This document shows positions 13,001-24,278 of a stretch of 64,000 nucleotides of DNA, in pieces. The notes beneath the pieces were generated by a model that was not told where the DNA came from, searched no databases, and worked only from the letters and a program-made list of their open reading frames with translations. This DNA is from Phoronis australis. Its lineage: Eukaryota; Animalia; Phoronida. The translations under genes and the position numbers were made by a program. How positions within the stretch are numbered: position 1 is the stretch's first letter; each line of letters opens with the position of its first letter. The stretch is taken from assembly GCA_002633005.1 (NCBI GenBank), contig NMRA01000132.1, forward strand, positions 310,001 to 374,000, given 5' to 3'.

Positions 13001-16000
13001 TTTTTGCCGAAGCTCTACAATAGAAACTACAGACTAACCAAACCATAAACTCTGCGAAAAGGGACAATTGAAGGTATTATAGCAGTTTGTTGCATGTTAA
13101 TAATAATACTTTTCAATGAGGAATAAAGGAAAAAATGGAACTTGCACGTCTATTTCTTATCTCTGTGATTGCTCGGTCAAATCAGTTAGAAACACAACAT
13201 ATAGCAGCAACGTGGATATGAAGTACGCTGAAAATTGCCAAATGTTTTAATTTAGAAACAAGTTTTGTGTCGTAATTACTCAACCGTGTCCAGTAAGTAT
13301 CGTGACGTGGTGTTGGGGAATAGCACCGCGTAATGCGGGCTATGCGAGCCAACAAAGAACGCCATTTGTGCAAAGGTCATCTATTTGCAGAATTTTCTGT
13401 TCTCACAGTTAGAAGTTGTCAATGAATACAACTGCATTTAGTTCAGAATAGATGATGTTCAAATAGCTATACATTACCACAGTTAGGAGTATGCAAATAC
13501 ATCTTAGGCTTGCAAAATAACAAGTTGAACTTAGCAAGAAGAATTAACTTTCAAGTTGGCCAAGAGGTGAGTTTTCAGTTGGTAACTATGAAGTGCCGCA
13601 ACAGAAAAAGCATAATAGACACTCATTGTGATAATCTTGTATAAAATACTGGCCAGCTATGATACAGTAAGACTAGATGGAAAAGATTAGAAACTCAACC
13701 CGTTTTACGGCACCGTGTATTTTGTCAATGGAATAATACAACAAATACTAGCCTCATCAATTCTTATCACAAGCACTGATCTAAGTTCCCTTTGTATAAA
13801 GTAGTGCACTTATTGCACTAACGACAAAATCACAACAATAAAACACTGCAATATCATACATTGAAACCAGTGATTTTTAACTGTTTGGCTTCATAACTTG
13901 AAATCCTCACGAACAATTAGGTTATGATAATTTTACCCTAACAAATACAAAAGTAATAAAAATAAGGCAAGATTTTGATTCAATACCTCAATTACAATGA
14001 GTTCGTTTTAATGTTACAGTGCCGGTATATAGATAATTGACTCGTGATGGAGGACAAAAAAGACTACATGAATGTTTTAACAACTGATTAGATTGATATC
14101 AGCCTATCTCTCTGATAATTTTGTAATCATAATAAAAGCTTCTGATGCTTAGAAAAATATAATTTTCCTTCGCTCACAAACACGTACTTACTCTCCTATT
14201 TCTGAAGTTGTTCGCCTCTTTCACAAGAACATCACGTAAAACAGTGGGATCACTGACAGCGATGCAAAGGGTTCCCAATTCAACGAACCTGGAATTAGCA
14301 AACAATAGCATATCAGACCCAGCTGCATGGAACTGGTCCAGTAAATCTGATGGTTAGTGTCTAAAACACCACCGGTTCTCAATCATCCAGCTCCTTTGGG
14401 AAGCATTGTCTTCAATTCTCCCACTACCGTTAAAATTAATTATTTCATCTTTGAACATGTCCGAATGCACAATTAGATAAGAAAGGGCCTTCAACCAGCA
14501 CACACTTAATTGCGGATATCAAGTAAGTGATAATGACATGATGCCAGCAATTTTGACCACTTAGGTGAAGTGTTCACCAGTGAATCACCAACAACACTCT
14601 CGCTGCAAGATGACCTTAATTTCATTCCAGACTGGGCTACTTAAAATTCATAGGGAGTAATAAAATAATTATCTCCTCAGCCAGGACCATAAACCCTTTG
14701 TTAAGCTGTGTATACTTACACACCAACTGGGATAGTTGTATCACTAAGAGCAAGGTTAACAGCCAATTATTTTCACTGACCTTGCATGAAAAGTGTGAGG
14801 CGATTTCAAAAGGCCTATTGAGTGTGAGACACACCAATGATTTACATCCATCGCAAAATTCTAAGTCACTACGTGGACTATTTCCCCCCTCCAAGCCCAA
14901 AATATCGAAGTGATGTTACTGATACTGCCTTGTCATTCAACCATTGAGCAAGAACAGAAAGTGGGTCATGCATTTTGGTCACCTGCACCACAAATTGTCT
15001 TTGAGGGCATTGGTGTGGTTGGAGTTTAGATTCCTTGCAGGTTTTGATGTGTGGTCAGAGTTATTACAGTATGGGGTAAGGGTGTACGTGCCTGAGATAA
15101 GACTTGGCTTACACACCCTGATAAAGATCAAGAAATTTTCAATCATTTTCTGGTATTAAATTAATTTTTATTTCTAAAAGATGCAAGAAGACGTGAAAAG
15201 ATTGTGCAGCAAGTTAGGCTAACGAAGCCGAGTTTGTTCTGGTCTTTACGCAGAGACATTTTGAGACCTGCGCTCACTGGCTAAAAAATGTCTACCTCTC
15301 TGAATTTAAGCCAAGGTTTTGTTTGTTTGAAAAGCTGTAGAAGGGACATAAATAAATGCCAAGTGATGCGAAGTAATGATTAAGAAAAATCCATTTTTGC
15401 TCATCTTGGGTAATTTTCTAATATGAAAAAGTGAGCAACAAAAAACAATATTCCACCACTGACTCAATTTTCAAAAGAGACCAGAATCGGTCTTTTATGG
15501 CCTAACTAACATATTCATGGTGTATGCGAAACAAGCGAACAGATACCATAGGCTATGTCATTATGAGGCTGGGAAACGTGCTGCCATCTGTGGACCATTA
15601 AGGAATATTAATCGATGTGGATTTACCTGTAAAAATGTCCATACTTCTTGTACCACGCCAACTGTCTTTCCACAAAACCCTGCAATGAACATACAATAAA
15701 GTGATACCCAGGGTCATTTTCATTGCAATCATCAAAAATCAAGTTTAATATACCGGTATTTAATAAACAGCATTTTCTTGCGTGTACACAAAATATAATG
15801 TATTTAAAGATTTTGAACATTTGTGCATTCTACTGCTGACAGATGTTCCCTAAATAAACGCCATTGTGCAGTGCATAATGAGAAACGGGCATATATGAAT
15901 TTTTTCACTATTTTGTGGCCATCATCAACCACTCACTTTATGGAGAATCAAATTGGGAGCTAAACACAAAATTTCTTACATCACTATCTTCAGTTTTACC

Positions 16001-19000
16001 AGTATAATTTTTATCCACAATAACGTAGAATGTAATATATATTGAATAAGAAGAAAACCAGCACAATGTTTGCAGCTGCAGTAATGAAAAAAGCAAAATT
16101 ATGCTGATGATTAAGTACAATGCAAGACAAAAATAAAAAGACAATATCCGTTTTCCCGTCACGATGGGTAAGTTTAACAACAGAAAAATTAATGGTAATA
16201 AGTATTAGCGAGGGGCAACATTCTAATCACGAAATGGCTTAGTACCGATCTAATTTCCTCTTAATTCCGCCTCATTCTCAGCCATGAGATAAGACTTCTC
16301 TGGAGATGAATTTGCCTTCCATGCAACCTTTATGACGGGTAATTTCAGGTTAAATTGTTCGAATATTTTTGGCTTGCACTGCAGCTTATAACATGCACAA
16401 CACTGCACTCAAAGATTAAGCTACGGTAAACATTCTCCACTTTGGGACAGTCGATAAAATTTTGAACACTGAAATTCAAATCCAAATCGAATATTCTTGA
16501 TTCTGAAGATTGGGACGTGGATCCTTTTGGTGTCCATTACATTTAGATACAGAGCCTCAAAATAGACTTGGCATGTAACAAATTGATCGAAATAGCTGTC
16601 AACGGCGCCTTTTCATATGTCTGTATAGTGTACAACATAGTATAGAATGATCGTTTGTCGCTGATCATAAGTAATGAATTTGCAAAGATCCCGGTTTTCC
16701 ACAGTGATGGTAAACAGAAGGAATTCATGGAATCTGACATCTTTCACAGACTTAGATTTCGAATGGAATCTATTTCAGGAGCAGGTTACGTACATAATTT
16801 TAGTAATTTTGGTATTTCCTACCAAAACTAATACTATAATCCATCAAATTCGACCGAAAATCATTTTCCAGCAGATATATTTAAGTAGTTGGTCATTCTT
16901 TTGGAAGGTGGCAGGGTTCATTTTCAGGTTGAGTGGATTGGAGTACTTACCGTGTGCAGTATTTTCTAACTCAGCTCCCCGGGACCACGCATTTTGTCAA
17001 GTGCTTTTGCATCCGAAATTTCTCTAGTTTTTTTTGGAAAATGGGGTCTCTAAAAACTGGTATTGCCCAGTGTAGTGCCTTGATCATGAATTTGAAGTAG
17101 CAGCTAGGGTTCACTTTCTTGACAGTCAAGTGCTACGAGAAATCTGGAGGTACCTTAACAAGTGATCAACTAGAACTATCTTAACAGTCCCTTTTAAAGA
17201 CCGATATTGCAAAATTAATATCATTTTACCAAATTTTGTACAGGTGCTGTAAGAATGCATACAAAGCCTATACAGTCTTCATCTCCACCAGCTTTTAAAT
17301 AATGTTATCACCAACCTTAGTAAATAAAGAAAGCCAGCCACAGCCAACAACAGGATAAACTGATGGTCCAGGTAAACCCAGGTAGTCTAGCTTCCTGTTA
17401 ATGTACACAAAATACCTGAAATAAAAGAAATTATTCACCTACTCATTAACAAATTAGGACCCTGATTAGTCTTAACAATCGCCAATAGAAAGAGCCATCC
17501 ATGAAACACTGTAAAATCTCACCAATTTTGGAAAATGATGGCTAACTCACAAGAGAAGCAGGGCATGAAAGAATGTGGATAAAACCCAGTTGTTATGATG
17601 CAATCTGGTTTAAAGGGCATGCTCACGACATGTACCTAAAAATTCTACCACCAGTTCTTGGCATCTATCTGATGCCTGGATATGGGCACTAGTAAATGTT
17701 TCTGCAATATGCTACTGCATTAGTATATTTTACAACAATATTTGACATTTGTGTTCCTGGATAAGAATATAATTGTTTTATTACCCTTATGTATTTTGGA
17801 TAGCCAAGCCTAAATGCCCAATAGTCTGTATCTGTATTACCTTTTGTTTACTGCTCCAAGTTTTTTAGTATTCATGTATTGGGATACTCTTGAAAATGTG
17901 CTTGCATTCGATGTGTATACAAAAGATGTGACTGTTCCTTTGAAAAATAATGTATCTAGGAGATTTTACATAAAATCAGTAATTCTGGGCTTGGCTATTC
18001 AGAATCCATGGGGGTTGTGTTTAAATTGCAAACACTTTTAAGTCTGGTCAACATGCCACCTGTGACCACATCGTTAGACTTAAAAATGACTGCGATATAC
18101 TATTTCCAAGCTAGTTAAAGAATTACATATATTTACATACACTCAGAAGTTGTGTTTGGTTACACAGCTCTGGGACAGTTGTATAACTCAAGAGCAGGGT
18201 TCACAAAGAACCGCTTTCTGACCTTGTATGACAATTTCAAGAGCTCTATACTGTGTGTGAACGACATGATTTATAACCATCTGCAAAGTTCTAAGCCACT
18301 ACGACAAGGTACACCACTTACCCTGTCCAATCCCAAAATGCCTGGCCGACATAGAGATTTCATAGTTCAGGCGGTAAATGCTAGTGATTGACATTAATGC
18401 TTGCTTTATGACATGGGAGAGGTAGATTGGTTCAGATGGCTTCATCTTATTATGCAATTTCATTTGGTTATACTATTAAATTTCTTTATTCCCAAACTCT
18501 ATAAGTGTCCGCTTTTTACTCAAGGTCGTGGGTTCAAGTCACACCGGCTGGAGCACACTGCTACTTGATCCTTGAGTTACAATATAGGTGTCAAGCTCCT
18601 CAGCTCGGTTTTAACTAAAAAAGCTTGAAAATGGTTTCAGGTGAACAGTACAATGAGCCCACCTGAGCGGCCTGCGCCCGTCTGGAACAACGTGTACTGA
18701 CAAGACTGTCTGCAATTACTGTTAATTTTATATCAGTTTGGTAATTCTTTATACTAATTGAATTTTCTTGATTTGATTTGTATTTTTCCAATAACTCAAC
18801 CTGGTTTTTCAAGCCCAAAATCAGTGAAAAACTGTTGTGTGCCACTTACTAGTATAAATTAATGTATGATAGGAACAAGTATGATGTAAAATCATTGAGA
18901 TCAGCCTCGTCAGCCTGAGTCTTTGCTCACAGAGGAAAGTTGCCTGTAGCCTGTGGAATTTTTGGTTATGGAAAATTCTCCCATAGGAAAATGGAGCCGA

Positions 19001-20451
19001 TATTCAGCCACAAATTTGAGGCCAAGAGCCCCATGCAGAGGGTGCCTCGGTCAACTTAAATTATGTGGAGAATTTGTGACTATTCTCACTCAGATTAGCA
19101 GATTTAATTATGTTATTTTTGTGCCCCTAGATGGGCCTGTCAGCCTTTGCATTACGGCGTTTTCCCGTTGCTCCCAACTTGTTCAATTCTATAGCCCAAC
19201 AACAAGTTGGGAAGTTTACCCCTGTAGCTAATATCTTAGACGACTGATTAACTCCATTCTGGCATATATGGTTAGAGGGTCAGCTCTCTTTTGATCGAAA
19301 ATTGCTCTAATCTGCAATCATCATATCTACCCTGACTGGGCTGTGCTGTTAAAAATAAAAGTTAAGTTATAACATATTTGATCACAAACCAATAGCAGAG
19401 ACCGTAAAGAGGGAGACAACACAACTAGCGAAATTCCATTGGACAGCCACTGGCGGACATTGCTGTTGCATGGACCATAGAGACATCTAGCAGACATGTG
19501 TGCAATAAACAAATACACCAATTCACTCTGAGTTTGAGCTGTGTTCACATGTGGTCTGTAATAACTCTGGTAGATAAGTGGCCTGCTAGTTGTCATAACA
19601 GACAAAATAGTGTGTTTGGTAGTTCAAAGAAGTTAGATGTCATCACACCCTCAGAAGCTCAGAACCCCCTTGGTCTGGTAAAGTCACTGAATCGGAAAAC
19701 GCTGCCATGTGCTATTGAATTCGAATGTTGTTATGCAGATGTGCTTCCAGTCAATCATACGAGTCTCTGTAAGCCACTTGCAACTGCCTCTGTATAGCTG
19801 TATGGTTATTATAAAGCACGCCAGCTGGTTTTGTGGGAGTCGCTGGTTTGAATCCCGGGATGGGTAATCTTGCCTAGCTTTATGACATGGCAAACGGATG
19901 ATCTACCAATGAAGCACTTAGCCACTAGTACCCGCAGACCTCGGATGGTGTGCATGGTTATATGGTGATGATAAAAGTTCCAGGAGTGACGAGGACCTGT
20001 ATGAGAGACAAACTAATGTGTTCACGTGCATTACACGTGGTGGTAAAGCTACCAATTCGAGAAGTTGATGACTTGTATGCAAGACAACCTGGTGTTTGCT
20101 ATGCCTGCTATGGCATGCCATTTTCCCTTAGGAAAGGAGGGAATGTCCTGCCTGCATGAGCAGAGCTCTATTAGCCACTTGCTAGCGAGTGATTGCATGG
20201 TTAACGCGCTCGCTGGTTTTTATGGGGTTCGCTTGTTCGATTCCCCGGGGCCGGGTAACCTCAGCTATTCTACAATGTTTATTAAAATGGCTATGCACTG
20301 TACTGTAGGCCTATACACTCGGGCACTGCAGAATATGCCAGAATAACCATTGACACTGTAACAGTGAACTTTATACTTACAGATACAGTGTAAACGAAAT
20401 TGCAACGGAATAAAGGATCCACGCAGGTACATCAAATCCTAGCACCTCCAT
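1067..20451 (-). CDS. Cytochrome P450, CYP3 clan (CYP3A/CYP5-like), copy A; exons 1-11, 3' end outside window
   Basis: GT-AG exons (minus strand): 20381-20451, 17316-17415, 15627-15679, 14192-14288, 12892-13014, 10558-10646, 7076-7230, 5617-5729, 3188-3269, 2064-2221, 1067-1155. They join in frame. Motifs: N-terminal membrane anchor MEVLGFDVPAWILYSVAISFTLYL, GLPGP hinge, C-helix WKHVRAELTPTFSSGKL, I-helix FFIAGFENNASTL, K-helix ETLRMYP. Exon sizes equal those of copy B. Confidence 0.95.
2380..3150. repeat. Cryptic (ACC/ATC)-rich simple sequence in CYP intron 9; mirrored as GGT/GAT-rich at ~47840-48350 in copy B
   Basis: Degenerate accacc/atcacc runs; inverted homolog in the paralogous intron. 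Confidence 0.6.
3345..4830 (-). mobile_element. Decayed non-LTR retrotransposon (LINE) ORF2 fragment in intron 8 of CYP copy A
   Basis: Frameshifted RT motifs on the minus strand: YRGI..LL...FTKLLNNRL, AGFRNGYCTQDEIFTL, VDFCKAFDKISH, GTKQG..FLFTVYLNE. Upstream linker KTNPKLIFKFV..WFNYFK. AATAAA near 3350. Internally deleted; absent from copy B intron 8. Confidence 0.75.
7568..8345 (+). pseudogene. THAP zinc finger plus N-terminal part of Kolobok transposase, frameshifted and truncated
   Basis: MPHCCCVPGC..LHRFPMDDT / frameshift ~7658 / LRRTWLVRV..RVCGKHF..LKQDAIPSV is a complete C2CH THAP signature with AVPT-like box. After a second shift: DKFIVDLSTVLELFRRC..VTIQWECVAGHSGKWDS..GMPEVHL. No DDE core follows. 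Copy 2 reads gacacacttcgc at the first shift, showing a 2-nt deletion in copy 1. Confidence 0.85.
8244..8633 (-). CDS. KolX / P2X7-ballast (Nanor)-like Zn-binding protein, C-terminally truncated
   Basis: GYMFEPEY...RCGDTSWCKCTVCVVMPTSMECLCCSE matches the FEP..WCxCxxCxxM...ECxCCxE cysteine cluster of the P2X7 ballast/KolX family. Homology ends ~8345; the tail reads into antisense transposase sequence. Confidence 0.75.
   Translation of the reverse strand: MAGLGDPYHSEGSVSDGDLVHSSGDEEFFHGHSVGGYMFEPEYNEAEYAQAAVERNEAATEDRCGDTSWCKCTVCVVMPTSMECLCCSEFDDSKPLLDTVKWTSGIPRAEEQLSHLPECPATHSHWMVT
11870..12772 (-). mobile_element. Older, diverged copy of the same HINE-like family in intron 5 of CYP copy A
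   Basis: Reverse-complement similarity to ~54990-55620 (ccaaatttcatgaaaatcc repeats, aagatcctgca..ggagataca, gacagagatgatggc, palindromic 5' end near 12750-12772). Boundaries approximate. Confidence 0.65.
19140..19700 (+). repeat. Unclassified interspersed repeat, related to 330-850
   Basis: See 330-850; direct sequence similarity by eye. Confidence 0.6.
19795..20260 (+). repeat. Two degenerate tRNA-derived (SINE-head-like) segments
   Basis: A-box-like tagc..tggtta and B-box-like ggtttgaatccc (~19845) and gttcgattcccc (~20235), both followed by gggtaa; no intact cloverleaf. Confidence 0.4.
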
Positions 20452-21677
20452 ATCTAGGACCAGATTATAGGCCTATCTCAATATTCCTTTGGTCCTCCAC
20501 TCCGGTTTATGTGTCTTTCGCTAGTCAATAGTGCCTCTGCCTCCTTGCCCTCGGGTTGCACCAGTCGTTTCACGGCTAACTCGGCCGTTGTCGGCTCGTC
20601 CACCTGTTTAAAACAGCCTCTTAAACACTGCTTAATAGTTTAAGAGAAATTCAACCCTCACGTAGTCAAACAGTATAGGCCTAGTGCATGAATGATATTT
20701 AACAACACTCCGTGGAAGGCGATTGCGACAAATTTTGAAATTGGCCTACTTGTTGACTCGTACCAGTGCACAGGCCAGCACAGGGTGGTCAGAAAGTTTG
20801 TCAGCATCTACTTGTAGTGACCTTTTACCTTGAAGTTACATCTGCGCAACTGAAAAGTGTGGTAGGCTTTGGCTGTCATAATCAGTAATCACGTTTTACG
20901 AAAGTTGCACGTACCCTTTTGATGGCCAGCCATGAAATGGCACCATAGACTTTACTAATATCTATGATGGCACTGGTTCCGGGTGGTCGGCATCATAGCC
21001 GTACACTAGCTGTCTTTGTATCTAGACTGCATGCCGGCATCAGGCTATGAAACACACCGTAGAACTTACAGGTGATTACATAATTATGTACAAAACTTGA
21101 TAGGCACGCGGTCTTTATCAACTAATCTGATGATTATCTGATTTCCAGTGGGTGCAAAACTTGCTGAGAGGTGATGTGACTTTTCAGCACGTTTTGCCGG
21201 ACCCACACGTGGGATATACAATTAGGTCCTAAATTTCCATTTCGTCCCCCCGGCCGCAACTGGGCTTGCTGCATTGGACACAGCCCCCGCAAAAGGGGGT
21301 GAGGCAGAAAAATCTATCCTCCAAACACTGAGTTAGCATTATGATACCTGGCACCCGCAATTGGGTGTCTCTTAGCAATTGTTGATACACGTCTGCGGGG
21401 CATCTAGTTGTCAAGATGAGTGCCCCCGCCGGGAGCACAAAAATCAGTTGCCAAAGGTCACGGGTCGGTGAAACGACAAGGCCGTACAATGACGCTTGGC
21501 TTACTACCTCAGTCAAAATCCAACTGCTAATGACCCAATTATATACACCCAGCACTTAATGAGGAACTTAATATTGCAAAATTAAACAAACGTTTTAGGT
21601 TGTTTTAGTACGATGGCCCCGGCGTCTCATTATCTAGCCAGAAGGATAACATCAGCAGCCTGGGGCGATTTAATTAA

Positions 21678-23381
21678 AGGTGAAGGCAACCTTTTTTCAT
21701 GTCATTTTATAAGGTTCGTTGATTATCCTAGACATCTTTTTCACTTAATTACAGCTTTTTGTAATTCAATTAATTACCCATCCGGTAGTGACGTTTTGGG
21801 AGGCAAGACTGTTCATTCGCGCCAATTTCTCCCAGTCCATATGACTATGAGAGCTGTAGAGCCAGTCATTGTTCTACCTTAGTTGTGATGTGTTCGGTCG
21901 TTTTTTGTTTACGAGTCAGTCAACATGCCACACTGTTGCTGCGTACCGGGATGTACTCATTGTCGTCTCAAAAGCGCGTTTTGGGAATCCGACTTCGCAT
22001 CGCTTTCTGGAGGATGACACACTTCGCCGTCAGTACTTGGCTCGTTCGGGTAACGGTGCGTTACCCGAACGCAACGTTTAAAGCAGTGGAGGGTTACCGG
22101 TCGAGTGTGTGGCAGGCATTTTCTGTCGTGATCAGATTACGAGAGAGATATGTACGCTAAATTGACCGTACGAAGGTCCCTCAGCTGTCACAACTTAACA
22201 CTAAGAACGCGTGAAGATGGGTGCCATACAGTGGCTGTTGATTCCTGGCAGTGCCCGTCGCCACCCCCGAGAAGTGCGTTTTTGAGGCGACAAGTGCGTT
22301 TTTGAAGCGAGAAGCCTCGATCGCAATGAGCTATGGCCTCTACAGTGACTGGAGCCGGGCACCCATCTACTGTCACCGTTGCCTCCGAACGTACCCCCAG
22401 AGCAATTCCGGGAACTAGCAGTGATTCGCCCTGTGCTGCAGTGGGGCGTAGGCGCACGTTGGCGCAGCCAACCACTTGAACATAGCGCCTACGCACCGTA
22501 AGTTATGTACAGTGCTCAAGGTGATATTGTGGGCTTTAGGCGCCCGGCTACTTACCTCTAATTTTACCACTACAACACTGCTGTGCTGTTGTCTCTAGCC
22601 CAGAGCCCAGTGTACATGTAGCTCTGCAGCGATGTTGAGTAGTGGGAGTATACAGGCCAGTTCGATACCCAGTGAAGAGAACATATCGTCGTCCAATGAA
22701 AAGATCGGTGACTGGAGCCCGAACTTCGATAAGTTTATTGTGGACTTGTCTGAAGTATTGTACTCGCTATCTAGAAGGTGCCATAAGTGTGGCGGGAGGG
22801 TCACACGGCGCGTGATGTTGAGTTTGTGTGCTCAGTGGTAGCGTGTCGCGGGGCACTCGGGCAAGTGAGACAGTTGTGCCTGTGGGTACTATGCCTGATC
22901 ATACTACCGTCGGGCTCAAACATATACCCACCCAATGACTGTCCGTGAAAAAATTCCTCGTCACCACTGCTATATGAACAATGTCTCCGTTACTCACACG
23001 CGCATCACTACTCTGCTGTCACTGTGATATGGGTCGCCGACTCTAGCCATTTTCAGATTAACACAAACTAAATAACCCCTAAATCCAACGTAATTGAGTT
23101 CTCTAACAACCTAGCTTGTCGTAAAATACTCCTCGATGGAAAGTGGTTACGATAATTTTAAAAAACAGCACGACAACAAAAATAGTTCAGATCCTCACAG
23201 TAAACTCAACACAGAACCAAATTGGTGCGAAATTCTTGCCTCCCAAAACGTGACCTTCGGAGTAGAGGACGAGCCATTAATTAAATTACGAAAAGCTGTA
23301 ACTTAATGAAAAATTGTGTCTGGGATAATCAACGAACCTTATTTTTGCTCAAAATGACATGAAAAAAGGTTGCCTTCGCCC
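21678..23381 (+). mobile_element. Degenerate second copy of the Kolobok-type element, in the spacer between the two CYP genes
   Basis: TTAA (21674-21677) then aggtgaaggcaaccttttttcatgtcat. Right end gacatgaaaaaaggttgccttcgccc with a decayed TSD. Colinear with copy 1, but many frameshifts and a larger internal deletion that removes the KolX cysteine cluster. Confidence 0.85.
22439..22580. mobile_element. hAT-like MITE (142 bp) nested in Kolobok copy 2
   Basis: 8-bp TSD CTGTGCTG (22431-22438, 22581-22588). Termini CAGTGGGGCGTAG...CTACAACACTG. Copy 1 has the single empty site gccctgtgctgttttc (~8021-8036). Confidence 0.8.
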
Positions 23382-24278
23382 TATAAGGGCCACTCATTAC
23401 TTCACGTGAAATTTTCTACAACAATAAGTGCGCCTGAACATCAGTGATTTCTACTATGCAAAAGTAAATTTTCTTTATATTTTCTATTTGACAATAAAAA
23501 ATGTATACCATTATTGCACTGTAATTTTTACAATGCTTACTCAAGAATTCATAATTAATTTTCCCACTGATACTTCTAATTCTATGACAAGCAGTAATCC
23601 CGTTAAACTAACGAAATTCATTTTGCTTTCACTGCACCATACATCAAATGTCTGACTGCATCAACAGGACTTGTTAACTTTACATCCTTGAGTAAAACAT
23701 GACAAACGGAACCAGCCTCCCTTGGTTCACTAAACACTTTGAATCACACAATTACTAATGAGTTGAGTATGGTTGCACGAAGCGACAAGATTTATGACTA
23801 ATCCAACTGTGCAATACTCCGGACTTAGCGACGCAGCGTTCCCTTGCCCTGTAAATGGATGCACGCAATCGCCGGCAGGTGTCAGGCAACCTGGTGACGT
23901 CACTGAACGAGCAGGCTACCGGTAATCGACTGGGTGCAAAGTCGGCAAAAAACTCTGGACTTCAAAGTTAGTTAATTAAAAAATGGAGTGAGATTATGAT
24001 GACGAAAATAACAACACAGAAGAGTTTCTATACGTCTTGTGAACACGTTAATATTAAAATCATGATTCTAGGTTAAATCGCACGCCCGACTAGTAGGCCT
24101 ACCGGCGTAGGGCCGCCGCTATAGCGCGTCTAATATTTCACTGCTTAGTCATCTGCTTAGAGAACTGATTAAACAGAGCTGACTATTGGCTAAGCCTTGG
24201 CGATGCAAAGCCAAACAAACGAAACCGTGATCGAATAGTAAAGGTCACATTTGGATACCTGATTTGGTTCTAGAGAAA

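Larger units (their letters stand above)
20452..24278. promoter_or_regulatory. Shared upstream (bidirectional) region of the head-to-head CYP pair
   Basis: Lies between divergent ATGs. Locally CpG-richer. Contains palindromic CRE TGACGTCA (23895-23902) and XRE-like CACGCAA (23862-23868). Function is inferred only. Confidence 0.45.

Noticed and set aside
18520-18560. tRNA gene candidate (ggttcaagtc B-box)
   Set aside because: Only a T-arm-like fragment, no cloverleaf; at most a SINE relic.
21405-21480. Hammerhead-ribozyme-like arrangement (aagatga-stem-aaaa)
   Set aside because: Core differs from CUGANGA/GAAA and the other stems cannot be formed convincingly.
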